A DNA stretch of 64,000 bases. Origin: an uncultured Alphaproteobacteria bacterium. Its GTDB lineage: Bacteria; Pseudomonadota; Alphaproteobacteria; Rhodobacterales; Rhodobacteraceae. Shown piece after piece: positions 10,065 through 19,269 of the stretch. Below the pieces are notes generated by a model. It was not told the origin of the DNA and ran no database searches. It saw only the letters and a list, made by a program, of their open reading frames with translations. Each line of letters opens with the position of its first letter. Position 1 is the first letter of the stretch. The stretch spans positions 36,614-100,613 of the forward strand of contig CAVQAX010000026.1 in NCBI GenBank assembly GCA_963710515.1, written 5' to 3'. Made by a program: the position numbers and the translations under genes.

Positions 10065-10949
10065 TTATGACAGGCTGCGGATCGCGTCGCGCAGGGCAGC
10101 GATGGCCGGCAGGACCGGCTCCTGGCCGAGGGTCACCAGACCGATGGCATGCGACACAAGCGGCTCGGTGAGGTCCAGGCGGACGGAGTCGCGGCCGGCG
10201 AACACGTTGTCGGCGAGCCATTTCGGCGCGATCATCGCCGCGGTGCCGCTCGCGACCTGTGCGAGGGCGGCGGTGAAATCGTCGGTTTCCATCACGGGAA
10301 CCGGGTGGCTTCCGATGGCGTCGAAGGCGGCGTCGATGAGCTGTCGGTTGCGCATGTCGCTGGTGAGCAGGCAGAGCGGAAGGCTCGCCGCCTCGTGCCA
10401 GCTGGCCTCGCCGGATGTGCGCGGCGCCATCGCGCGCGGTGCCACAAGGACGTAGGTTTCGTCGTAGATGGGTTCGAGAAGCTTGTCGCCGATGTTCTCG
10501 GCGCCGACATAGGTGATGCCCGCATCGAGCGAGAAATCGTCGAGGCCGAGGCCGATCCGCGACGAGGTGAGCGAGTGGATCTCGACGGCGAGGTCCGGGT
10601 GGCTGTCGCGCAGGCGACCCGAGACGAGGGCGGCATAGGGCAGGGCGGTCGGCACGGCGCCGATGACGAGCTTGCCGCGCAGGGAGCCCTTGATGACCTC
10701 CATCTCCTGCCGCATGCCTTCGAAGTCGGTGAGGATCTTGCGCGCCCATGTGAGCAGGACCTCGCCCTCGCGGGTGAGGCCCTGGTACTTGTTGCCGCGC
10801 CGCACGATCGGCAGGCCGAAATCTTCCTCGAGCCGCCGGATGCGCGCCGAGAAGGCCGGCTGCGAGATGCCGGCCTCGGCGGCGGCGCGCGAGAAGTGCC
10901 GGTGGCGCGCGAGGGCCGCGAGAAGGCGCAGATCCTTGATGTCGGTCAT
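10065..10949 (-). CDS. LysR-family transcriptional regulator
   Basis: 294 aa. The N-terminal HTH is MTDIKDLRLLAALARHRHFSRAAAEAGISQPAFSARIRRLEEDFG and a substrate-binding-type C-domain follows. Confidence 0.9.
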   Translation of the reverse strand: MTDIKDLRLLAALARHRHFSRAAAEAGISQPAFSARIRRLEEDFGLPIVRRGNKYQGLTREGEVLLTWARKILTDFEGMRQEMEVIKGSLRGKLVIGAVPTALPYAALVSGRLRDSHPDLAVEIHSLTSSRIGLGLDDFSLDAGITYVGAENIGDKLLEPIYDETYVLVAPRAMAPRTSGEASWHEAASLPLCLLTSDMRNRQLIDAAFDAIGSHPVPVMETDDFTAALAQVASGTAAMIAPKWLADNVFAGRDSVRLDLTEPLVSHAIGLVTLGQEPVLPAIAALRDAIRSLS

Positions 10950-11020
10950 CGGCGCGGTCTTTCTTCAGCGGGCCGTGTGCCTCGGCGAGGGAGGCGAGTG
11001 TAGAGAAGAACCCGCCCCGG

Positions 11021-12589
11021 TCAAAGGTCGGGCGAGTCATCCGCGGTGCCTGGGCCCCATGCGCCGAGCGTGACCCCGCGTTCGGCCGCGAGATCGAGCG
11101 CGGGCCGACCGGTGCCGGCAGTGTCGAGCGCTGGCCCCCAGCCGAGCGCGTCGAGGCAGCGCCGCTCGAAGCTGTCGGCCGCGAAGGGCAGGGTTTCGGT
11201 GGCCGCGCGGTAGGTCCAGGCGCCGTCCTGCAGTCGGCCGTAGACTTCGCCGGTAGCATGGTCGGCCAGCGTCACCTCGGGGATCCGGGCGAAGCAGCTG
11301 CCGAGGAAGGCGAAGCTCTCGGTCGGGTCGGCGGGCAGCACCTCCGCGGGGCACCGTGCGGCCACGTTGACCTGCCGGAAGCGGTCGATGTCATCGAGAC
11401 GGGCGAGGTCGAGGATGATCATCCGGCCGTTCCAGCCGAAGGCGATGGTGCGCGGCTCGGCTCCCAGCGGCACGGAATTGTCGAGAAACTCGAAATGGGT
11501 CTTCTTGGTGGCCGAAAGCACCGTGGGAAAGAACAGGTTCGGCATGCCGCTATAGGCTTCGATGTTGTGGTAGAGCAGGTCGTCGACGGCCTTGAAGCGG
11601 CCGGTCTGCAGCCCGCGTTTCCACGAGCGCTCCACCGTCTCCGCCGGCGGGGTGACCACGAAGAACAGGAAGACCCGGGTGCCGAAGCGGGTGAGGAGCT
11701 GGCTGGTGCGGCTGCTGTCCTGCGAGGTGTCGAAGCTGTCGAAGCGGAAGCGGTCGATGAGCATGTGGGGCAGGGCATGGCGGGCGGCCTTGGCCTCGAT
11801 GTAGCGGTCGAGCTTGCGGTCGATGATCTCGAGTTCCTGGCCTGTCAGCATCGCGGCGTATTTGTGGTCGTCCCCGAGGCTGTCGTAGTCGAGCAGGTAT
11901 TTGCGCCAGTAATCGGGGCTGATGAGCGCGAAATCCTGCCAGGGCACGCCGAGCTTTTCGGCCAGCGCACGCTGCTTGGGGCGGATGGTGCTCTTGCCGG
12001 CGGCCGAGGCGCCCTTGACGTTCATGAACAGCGGCTCGGCCTGCACCGGGAGCCTGCGGTAACCCTCGGCGGCGACCGCCTCGGCGAAGATCGGGTCGAG
12101 CAACCGTCCGATCTCGTCGCTCCCGTAGCCGTTGCAGACCATGTTGCAGGCGAAGTCCGCGACCATCGCGCGGTCGGCCATCAACTTGCCGCGCCGGCCG
12201 GTGATGCCGCCGACGACGGTGATGAGCGCGGACAGGCAGGCGGCCTCGAACGGGTCGGTGCCGGCGGCATCGAGCCGGGCCCGCCAGGCCGAGAGCGCGG
12301 CGATCTCCGCGGGCTCCGCCGGAGCCGCGGAGCGTGGCGGCGGGGCGGGCTTGCGGCCCGCGAGACGGGCGAACAGACCGGCGGGCTTTTGCGGCGGGTT
12401 CGGCGGAGGCTCGGGCCGGTCGAGACCGCTCGCGAGATCATGCTCGATCCGGGCCCGCGCGCGGCTGCGCAGGGTGTCGAAGGCCTCGCGGATCTCCGGC
12501 ATCCTCGGGGAGACGTGGGTGTCAAAGATACGCGCGGTCATGCCCCGCAGGCTGATGCCGAGATCGGCATAGTTCGGCCCGTCGGGCAC
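11021..12589 (-). CDS. large P-loop kinase-like protein (zeta-toxin / AAA_33-like core), function unknown
   Basis: 522-aa ORF from a GTG start. It has a Walker A motif NVKGASAAGKST, followed by a LIDRFRFDS segment and VFLFFVVTPPAETVERSWKRG, a layout typical of small-molecule/nucleotide kinases. The N-terminal third is Pro/Ala-rich. The frame stays open upstream to 12778 without a canonical start, so the N-terminus is probably the next listed fragment. Confidence 0.65.
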   Translation of the reverse strand: MPDGPNYADLGISLRGMTARIFDTHVSPRMPEIREAFDTLRSRARARIEHDLASGLDRPEPPPNPPQKPAGLFARLAGRKPAPPPRSAAPAEPAEIAALSAWRARLDAAGTDPFEAACLSALITVVGGITGRRGKLMADRAMVADFACNMVCNGYGSDEIGRLLDPIFAEAVAAEGYRRLPVQAEPLFMNVKGASAAGKSTIRPKQRALAEKLGVPWQDFALISPDYWRKYLLDYDSLGDDHKYAAMLTGQELEIIDRKLDRYIEAKAARHALPHMLIDRFRFDSFDTSQDSSRTSQLLTRFGTRVFLFFVVTPPAETVERSWKRGLQTGRFKAVDDLLYHNIEAYSGMPNLFFPTVLSATKKTHFEFLDNSVPLGAEPRTIAFGWNGRMIILDLARLDDIDRFRQVNVAARCPAEVLPADPTESFAFLGSCFARIPEVTLADHATGEVYGRLQDGAWTYRAATETLPFAADSFERRCLDALGWGPALDTAGTGRPALDLAAERGVTLGAWGPGTADDSPDL

Positions 12590-12612
12590 GGTGAGATCGG
12601 CGGTGACGCGGA

Positions 12613-12867
12613 TCAGGATTTCGTGGACGATGAGGCGTTCCGGGCGTCGAGCGCCGCCATCGCCTTCGGCTCGAGACCGCAGAAGGAAGCGGCTTCCCGG
12701 GCCTGCGCATAGCTGACGGTCGAGTTCTCCGGTCGGTAGAGTGTCGCCAGCGGCATCAGCCTTGACGGAATCTCGGATTCAAGTCCGGGATGCCAGGCGT
12801 CGAAGGGGGTGGGGCCGTCGGTCACGTTGGGCATTCCTCGGGGGCTTCGTCCGTCCATCAGCGCCAC
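12613..12867 (-). CDS. probable N-terminal fragment of the P-loop protein separated by a frame break (alternatively a separate small ORF)
   Basis: 84-aa ORF ending 24 nt before the GTG of 11021..12589. Adding one nucleotide near 12640 (ttccggg) joins ...EPKAMAALDAR to ERLIVHEILIRVTADLTVPDGPNY in the open upstream frame of the large ORF. 11021..12756 is 1736 nt, which is 2 mod 3. Confidence 0.3.
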   Translation of the reverse strand: MALMDGRSPRGMPNVTDGPTPFDAWHPGLESEIPSRLMPLATLYRPENSTVSYAQAREAASFCGLEPKAMAALDARNASSSTKS

Positions 12868-12912
12868 GACCGGAACACGCCGGGCATGGGTCCGTCAACG
12901 TCGGGCCTGAGG

Positions 12913-13908
12913 TCACTGCGTGTAAGTCCGCTCGCTCAACGGCACTCGGGCAATGCGTTCGAGCAGCAGGGAACGGATTGCAGCTTCGGCCCGGTTGGGC
13001 CGGGATCGGGGGTTCGAGGCCACGAAGACATCGACAGCTGGCGGGTCTTCCAGCGGGGGAAGGCGCCACAAGAGGCCGTCGCGTTCATCGCGGCGGGCGA
13101 TGTGGAGCGGCAGCGGGCCGATGCCGAGGCCTGCGATGATCATGCGGCGCACTTCCTCGAGATGGGTCGAGCTGGCCACGATGCGGTCTTCGGGCGAGGC
13201 CCGCGCGCGCAGGAGGGCCACCGGGCGCAGCACGTCGCCGAGCTGGTCGGTGGTGAAGGAGACCCAGTCGCAGCCGGCGAGATCGGTGTCGCGGCGCGGC
13301 AGGCGTCCGAAGAGCGGATGGGTCGGGCCGCAATAGAGCCCGAAGAACTCGCGGTACATTTGCGTGTAGGTCAGCCGGGGATGACGCCGCTGCACGAGGC
13401 AGATCGCGAGGGCGGCGCGCTGCGCGACGACCTCTTCCACCGCGACATTGGAGCCGGTGACGTCGAGGGTGAGGCTCGCACGGGGGTGCGTCTCGCGGAA
13501 ATCGGCGAGAACCTGGTCGAAGAGCGGGCAGACCACATGGCTCGCCATGACGATGCGGATGTGGCCGGTGACCGGTTCGGTGACGTCGCGCATCTGGCGG
13601 TGCAGGCGCAGGATGGTCCCCTGCACATCAACCGCCTCGCGGTAGAGCCGCTGGCCGGCGGCGGTGATCTCGAAACGGCCGGGACCGCGGTCGATCAGCT
13701 TGCGCCCGAGGGTTTCCTCCAGCCGTCGCAGGGCGTTGGAGAGCGTGGGTTGCTGCAGTCCGAGGGCGCGGGCGGCGGCGGTGAGGCCGCGATGCTCGAC
13801 GATGGCGACATAGGTGCGCAGCAGGTTCCAGTCGAGATTGCGGGAGAGCCGGGCGGCAGGATCATCGGTCGGGTCCATGATGCCATAGAAGCGATGAATG
13901 CTCCCCAT
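12913..13908 (-). CDS. LysR-family transcriptional regulator (divergent from the ABC/aminotransferase operon)
   Basis: HTH NLLRTYVAIVEHRGLTAAARALGLQQPTLSNALRRLEETLG. An alternative start at 13878 (MDPTDD) is possible. Confidence 0.88.
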   Translation of the reverse strand: MGSIHRFYGIMDPTDDPAARLSRNLDWNLLRTYVAIVEHRGLTAAARALGLQQPTLSNALRRLEETLGRKLIDRGPGRFEITAAGQRLYREAVDVQGTILRLHRQMRDVTEPVTGHIRIVMASHVVCPLFDQVLADFRETHPRASLTLDVTGSNVAVEEVVAQRAALAICLVQRRHPRLTYTQMYREFFGLYCGPTHPLFGRLPRRDTDLAGCDWVSFTTDQLGDVLRPVALLRARASPEDRIVASSTHLEEVRRMIIAGLGIGPLPLHIARRDERDGLLWRLPPLEDPPAVDVFVASNPRSRPNRAEAAIRSLLLERIARVPLSERTYTQ

Positions 13909-13912
13909 AGCA

Positions 13913-13930
13913 ATTATCTATTTTGGGAAT
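13913..13930. promoter_or_regulatory. AT-rich dyad ATTATCTATTTTGGGAAT in the divergent LysR/ABC promoter region
   Basis: This is the only AT-rich stretch in the 70-nt divergent gap. It has ATT...AAT dyad ends, giving a LysR T-N11-A-like appearance. Confidence 0.25.
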
Positions 13931-13978
13931 GTCATCGCGCTTGCGATGCTGGGGGCGCGCAAGGAGAGCGACATTCCG

Positions 13979-14854
13979 ATGCCCACCCTGGAGGCGCGCG
14001 AGCGCCGAGCCCCGAAGGTATTGCTCGCACCGTCGCTGATCGCGGTCGGGCTTCTGCTGATCGTGCCACTCGGCTTCATCGTGGTTTATTCGTTCTGGCT
14101 GCGCTCGGCCTCGGGTGCGGATCAGGCCGGCTTTCATCTCGACAACTGGCAGGCGGCGCTCACCGATCCGTTCTACCGCTACATCCTGCTCAACACCCTG
14201 AAGATCGCCGCGATCACCACGATCGTCTGTGCATTCGCAGGCTACCCGGTCGCCTACTTCGTCGCCCGCTCGACGACGCGCCACAAGGTGCTGCTGCTCC
14301 TGCTGCTGATCCTGCCGTTCTGGATCAGCTACATCATCCGGACGATGTCCTGGATCAACATTCTCGGCTCGTCGGGCGCGCTCAACAGCATCCTGATGGG
14401 CCTCGGCGTGATCTCCGAGCCGCTGCGTCTCCTCTACAACGAGGCGACGGTGATCCTCGGGCTGGTGCATTTCCTGCTGCCCTTCATGATCCTCAACGTC
14501 TTCGTCAGCCTCGAAGGCATCGACACCTCGCTCGAGGACGCCGCGACCTCGCTCGGGGCCACCCGGCTCCAGGCGTTCCGCGAGGTGACGCTGCCGCTGT
14601 CGGTGCCGGGGCTGGCGGCCGGAAGCCTGCTCTGCTTCGTGCTGGCGGCGGGCACCTACATCACGCCGCTGATCCTCGGCGGGCCGCGCGACGCGATGTT
14701 CGCCAATCTGGTCTACGAGGCGATCATCACCCAGCTGAACTGGCCGCTCGGCTCGGCGCTGTCGCTGCTGCTGCTCGCGGTGCTGTCGCTGGTGGTGCTG
14801 GTCTACAACCGCTTCATCGGCATGGGCCAGATCGCCCGGGGGATCGCGCGATGA
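13979..14854 (+). CDS. ABC transporter permease, PotB-like (polyamine/opine-type importer)
   Basis: ATG at 13979 inside track ORF 13898..14854. Multi-TM protein with the EAA loop LEDAATSLGATRLQAFREVTLPLSVPG. Confidence 0.88.
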   Translation: MPTLEARERRAPKVLLAPSLIAVGLLLIVPLGFIVVYSFWLRSASGADQAGFHLDNWQAALTDPFYRYILLNTLKIAAITTIVCAFAGYPVAYFVARSTTRHKVLLLLLLILPFWISYIIRTMSWINILGSSGALNSILMGLGVISEPLRLLYNEATVILGLVHFLLPFMILNVFVSLEGIDTSLEDAATSLGATRLQAFREVTLPLSVPGLAAGSLLCFVLAAGTYITPLILGGPRDAMFANLVYEAIITQLNWPLGSALSLLLLAVLSLVVLVYNRFIGMGQIARGIAR

Positions 14855-15639
14855 GCGGCTGGGCCTTCATCCGGGGCTGGGCGATCCTCGTCTATCTCTT
14901 CATGTTCCTGCCGGTTGCGGTGGTGGTGCTCCTGAGCTTCAACGCCAACCAGTTCGGCAGCTTCCCGATGACCGGCTTCTCGTTTCGCTGGTTCGTGGCG
15001 CTCTGGGAAAACGAGGCGGTGATGCGCGCCTTCCGCGTGTCCTTCGTGCTCGGCGCGCTGACCGCGATCATCTCCACCACGCTGGGCGTGCTCGCGGCCC
15101 TTGCGATGGTGCGCTACGACTTTCCCGGCAAGACGGCGATCTCGACTTTGCTGATCGCACCGATCCTCGTGCCCGAGGTGGTGCTGGCGGTGGCGCTCCT
15201 GCTGTTCCTGCAATTCCTCGACCTGCCGAAGAGCTTCTTCCTCTTGCTGATGGGCCATGTGATCTTCACGCTGCCCTTCGTGATCCTCGTGGTGCAGGCG
15301 CGGCTTTCGGGCATGCGGCGCGACATCGAGGAGGCGGCGCTGAGCCTCGGCGCCTCGCCGATCCAGACCTTCTTCCAGATCACCCTGCCGATCATGCTGC
15401 CGGCGGTGCTCGCCGGGGCGCTCTTCGCCTTCACCATCTCGTTCGACGACATCACCGGCACGCTGTTCTGGAAGCCCGGCGGGGTCGAGACGGTGCCGAC
15501 GCAGATCTTCTCGATGCTGCGCAACTCGATCAGCCCGGAGATCAACGCGCTCGGCACGGTGATGATCGTCATCACCGTCGGCCTGCCGCTCCTTGGCGCG
15601 GCCCTCGCCCGCTGGCTTTCAAACCGAAAACACCAATGA
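14851..15639 (+). CDS. ABC transporter permease, PotC-like
   Basis: ATG at 14851 overlaps the previous stop (ATGA). Only the last 262 aa of track ORF 12790..15639 are real. EAA loop IEEAALSLGASPIQTFFQITLPIMLPA. Confidence 0.88.
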   Translation: MSGWAFIRGWAILVYLFMFLPVAVVVLLSFNANQFGSFPMTGFSFRWFVALWENEAVMRAFRVSFVLGALTAIISTTLGVLAALAMVRYDFPGKTAISTLLIAPILVPEVVLAVALLLFLQFLDLPKSFFLLLMGHVIFTLPFVILVVQARLSGMRRDIEEAALSLGASPIQTFFQITLPIMLPAVLAGALFAFTISFDDITGTLFWKPGGVETVPTQIFSMLRNSISPEINALGTVMIVITVGLPLLGAALARWLSNRKHQ

Positions 15640-15662
15640 AACCGATCAACAGGAGAGACGAC

Positions 15663-16805
15663 ATGGACACCACCACACGCCTTCATCGCCTGCGGACCCG
15701 CTATCTCGAGGGCGGGATCGACCGCCGACGCTTCCTCGGCCTCATCGGTGCGGCCGGCGCCGCCTACGGTGTCCAGACACCCTTCGCCGGCCTCGCCCGG
15801 GCGCAGGACGTGGCCGAGGTGCGCTTCGACGGCTGGGGCGGCGTGGTCTCCGAGGCGTTCCGCACCTATGCCTTCGATCCCTATACCGAGGCGACCGGCA
15901 TCACCGTGGTCGACGGGACCTTTGCAGGCGGCGACGAATATCTCGCGCAGGTCCGCTCCAGCCAGCCCGGCACCTACAACATCGCGCATCTCTCGGGGGT
16001 GTTCGACTATGCCCGCTACCACAATTTCGATCTGAGCACGCAGCTCGACACCGCCAACATCCCCAATCTCGACCTGGTGATGCCGGCGCTGATGGAGGCC
16101 TTCGACTCGATCACGCCGGGCAGCCTCAGTGCGGCGCCCTACAATTACGGCACCACCGGGATCGCCTATAATCGCAAGTACATCTCCGACGAGGAGGTGC
16201 AGGAGAAGGGCGCGCGGATCCTGATCGACCCGGCCTATCAGGACCGGATCGGCGGCTGGACCGACTGGCGTACCCGGATCTGGTACGGCGCGCTGCAGAC
16301 CGACCAGCACCCGAACGACATCACCGACATGGATGCGGCATGGGATGCGGTGCGCCAGCATCGCGACCTCGCGCTGAAATACTGGGCCTCGGGGGCGGAG
16401 CTGATGAGCCTGCTGGCCGAGGAGGAGATCTACGTCACCGAAGGCTGGTCGGGCCGGATCTTCGCGCTGCAGGAGCAGGGCCACGATATCGGCTACTACG
16501 ATCCGCCCAACGGCTTCGGCTGGCAGGAATGCCTCTTCGTGATCAAGGGCAGCCCGATGGCGGAATGCGAGCAACTGCTGAACTTCATGCTCGAGCCGGA
16601 GACCTCGATCGCGGTGGCCGAGGGGCAGAACTATCCGCCGGCGCTCGATCCGAACAAGGTCGATCTCGGCGCGAAGATCCCGACCCTGCCGGCCTTCGAT
16701 CCGACCGGCACGCTGTCGGGGCTCGTCTTCGCCGATCCGGCCTACTGGAACGGCAACGAGCAGGAATGGTCGGAAACCTTCAGCCGCGTTCAGCGCGGGT
16801 TCTGA
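15663..16805 (+). CDS. ABC transporter periplasmic substrate-binding protein (PotD/PotF-like) with Tat-type signal
   Basis: ATG at 15663 lies 6 nt after AGGAGA. The twin-arginine leader is GIDRRRFLGLIGAAGAAYG ... ARAQD. Type-2 SBP-like body, 380 aa. Confidence 0.85.
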   Translation: MDTTTRLHRLRTRYLEGGIDRRRFLGLIGAAGAAYGVQTPFAGLARAQDVAEVRFDGWGGVVSEAFRTYAFDPYTEATGITVVDGTFAGGDEYLAQVRSSQPGTYNIAHLSGVFDYARYHNFDLSTQLDTANIPNLDLVMPALMEAFDSITPGSLSAAPYNYGTTGIAYNRKYISDEEVQEKGARILIDPAYQDRIGGWTDWRTRIWYGALQTDQHPNDITDMDAAWDAVRQHRDLALKYWASGAELMSLLAEEEIYVTEGWSGRIFALQEQGHDIGYYDPPNGFGWQECLFVIKGSPMAECEQLLNFMLEPETSIAVAEGQNYPPALDPNKVDLGAKIPTLPAFDPTGTLSGLVFADPAYWNGNEQEWSETFSRVQRGF

Positions 16806-16870
16806 TGGGACCGACCCCGATCTCCGACGGCGCGCGGCCATGAGCGCTCGCCGCCGTCAGTCTCAGGAGC

Positions 16871-17923
16871 GTGGTCAAGCGCTTCGGGGATTTCCTTGCC
16901 GTGGCGCCGCTCACGCTCGACATCCCCGAAGGCGCGTTTCTCACGCTTTTGGGGCCGTCTGGCTGCGGCAAGACGACGACCCTGCGGATGATCGCCGGGC
17001 TTCTGGACCCGAGCGAAGGCGATATCGACATCCGCGGGGTGCGGGTCAACGACGTGCCGATCCACCGGCGCAATCTCGGGCTGGTGTTCCAGAACTATGC
17101 GCTGTTCCCGCACAAGACGATCTTCGACAACGTGGCCTTCGGGCTGAAATACCGCGACGTGCCGAAGGCCGACATCGCGCCGAAGGTGAAGGCGGCGCTC
17201 GATCTCGTGCAGCTTCCCGATGTCGGCGACCGCTTCCCGGCGCAGCTTTCGGGCGGGCAGCAGCAGCGCATCGCTCTTGCCCGCGCCATCGTCATCGAGC
17301 CCGACGTGCTCCTGCTCGACGAGCCGCTCTCGGCCCTCGACGCCAATCTGCGCGAGGACATGCGGGTGGAACTGAAGCGCATCCAGCGCGAGACGGCGAT
17401 CACCACGGTCTTCGTCACCCACGACCAGTCCGAGGCGCTGGCGATGTCGGACCGGATCGTGGTGATGCGCGACGGCCGGGTGGAGCAGGAGGGCCCGCCC
17501 GAGGAGGTCTACAACCATCCCGCCAGCGAATTCGTCGCCCAGTTCCTCGGGGCATCGAACATCGTGCCGGGCCGGGTCGAAGGGGTGGATGCGAGCGGTG
17601 TCCGGGTCGCGGTCGCGGACCTCGGAATGCTCACCCTGCCGCCGGACCGTCAACGCGGGGCCGTCGAGGGCGAGCGGGTCAAGGTGGTGATCCGCGCCGA
17701 GAAGCTCCATCTGCGCGGCGCCGATGTGGTCGATCCCGACACCGTGGCGCAGACCGCGACCGTGGAGACGGTGGACTACCAGGGCCAGGCGGTGCGCTAT
17801 TTCGTGCGTGTCGGCGACCGCCAGTTCCAGGCGATCAACATGATCGACACGCGCCCCTTCGCCGTGGGAGAGACCGTGTCGGTCCATCTGCGCGGGCGCG
17901 ATTGCGCGCTGCTTCCGGAGTAG
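16871..17923 (+). CDS. ABC transporter ATP-binding protein, PotA-like
   Basis: Walker A GPSGCGKTT, signature LSGGQQQR and Walker B LLLDEP, with a C-terminal TOBE-like domain. The first canonical start is GTG at 16871, but the natural N-terminus (...AVSLRSVVKRFGDF) continues upstream to an in-frame TGA at 16841, so the start is uncertain. Confidence 0.85.
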   Translation: MVKRFGDFLAVAPLTLDIPEGAFLTLLGPSGCGKTTTLRMIAGLLDPSEGDIDIRGVRVNDVPIHRRNLGLVFQNYALFPHKTIFDNVAFGLKYRDVPKADIAPKVKAALDLVQLPDVGDRFPAQLSGGQQQRIALARAIVIEPDVLLLDEPLSALDANLREDMRVELKRIQRETAITTVFVTHDQSEALAMSDRIVVMRDGRVEQEGPPEEVYNHPASEFVAQFLGASNIVPGRVEGVDASGVRVAVADLGMLTLPPDRQRGAVEGERVKVVIRAEKLHLRGADVVDPDTVAQTATVETVDYQGQAVRYFVRVGDRQFQAINMIDTRPFAVGETVSVHLRGRDCALLPE

Positions 17924-17926
17924 GTC

Positions 17927-19269
17927 ATGACCTCGCATCTCTTCTACCAGACCCGGCACCCCCGGCCGACGCTCGACCGCGCCGAGGGCATCCACATGTG
18001 GGACACCGAGGGCCGGCGCTACATCGACGGCTCGAGCGGGGCGATGGTCTGCAATATCGGCCATTCCAACCCGGCGGTGCTCGACGCGATGCGCGCGCAG
18101 ATGGCCCGCTCGACCTTCGGCTACCGGCTGCATTTCGAGACCGAGGCCGCCGAGGCGCTCGCCGCCCGCACCGCGCGCTGGCCCCCGAAGGCCTCGACCG
18201 GGTGTTTTTCGTCTCGGGCGGCTCGGAGGCGGTGGAGAGCGCCATCAAGCTCGCGCGGCAATACGCTCTGGCGAAGGGCGAGGGCAGTCGCTGGAAGGTG
18301 ATCTCGCGATACCCGTCCTATCACGGCTGCACCCTCGGCGCGCTGGCCCTCACCGGCTATGACCCGCTCACCGAACCCTTCGCGCCGATGATGCGCGCCA
18401 TGCCGCTGATCCCGGCCCCGACCGCCTGGGCGGATGACCGCGATCCGGACGACCCTGCGACAGGCCGTCATTATGCGGGCCTGCTCGAAGCCGCGATCCT
18501 GGCCGAAGGCCCCGAGAGCGTGCTGGCCTTCATCGTCGAGCCGGTCGGGGGCGCCTCCACCGGGGCCCTCGTGCCGCCCGCCGGCTACATGGAGACGGTG
18601 GCCGAGATCTGCGCGCGCCACGGCGTGCTGATGATCCATGACGAGGTGATGACCGGCGGCGGCCGCACCGGGCGCTTCTTTGCAGGCACGCACTGGAACG
18701 GCGTGCCCGACATCCTCGTGACCTCGAAGGGCTTCGGCGCCGGCTATGTCCCGCTCGGGGCGATGCTCGCCCAAACGAAGATCGTCGAGACGGTGCTCGA
18801 TGCGGGCGGCTTCCTCCACGGCTTCACCTATGCCGGAAACCCCTTGGCCTGCGCCGCCGGCCTCGCGGTGATCGACGAGATCGACCGCCACGACATGATG
18901 GCGACCGCCTTCCGCACCGGTGCGGCGCTGCGCGACGGGCTGGCGGCGCTGGCCGACCGCTTTCCCTTCATCGGCGAGGTGCGGGGCATGGGCCTCCTGC
19001 TGGCGATGGAACTGGTCGCCGACCGCGAGAGCCGCGCGCCGCTGCCGCCCGCCCTTAACGCCCACGACCGGCTGGTCGAGGCCGCCTATGCCCGCGGCCT
19101 CATCATCTACTCCCGCCGGACCCGGGGTGGCCGCGCGGGCGATCACGTGATGGTCTGCCCGCCGATGATCACCACCGAAGCCGAGGCCGGCGAGATCGTG
19201 GCGATCATGGCCGATGCGCTCGGCGCCCTGGCCACCGAGCTCGACCTTCCCGTGGACCGCGCCGCATGA
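17927..19269 (+). pseudogene. class III (omega-type) PLP aminotransferase, interrupted by one frame break near 18170-18181
   Basis: The N-terminal 84 aa lie in track ORF 17927..18301 (MTSHLFYQTRHPRPTLDRAEGIHMWDTEGRRYIDGSSGAMVCNIGHSNP...). The rest lies in the frame of ORF 16840..19269 (LAPEGLDRVFFVSGGSEAVESAIKLARQY, DEVMTGGGRTGRFFA, PLP-lysine context TSKGFGAGY). The span is 1343 nt, which is 2 mod 3, and the break is in a cgcgcgc run. Confidence 0.85.

Noticed and set aside
12613-12867. Small ORF plus P-loop protein read as an epsilon/zeta-type antitoxin/toxin pair
   Set aside because: The large ORF's frame is open upstream with no start codon, and a one-base correction fuses both ORFs into a smooth sequence. 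The kinase-like protein is also far larger than zeta toxins. The idea is kept only as the less likely alternative.
12790-15639. 949-aa ORF
   Set aside because: Only the last 262 aa (PotC-like permease, from the ATG at 14851) are real. The rest is antisense to the LysR gene and out of frame over the first permease.
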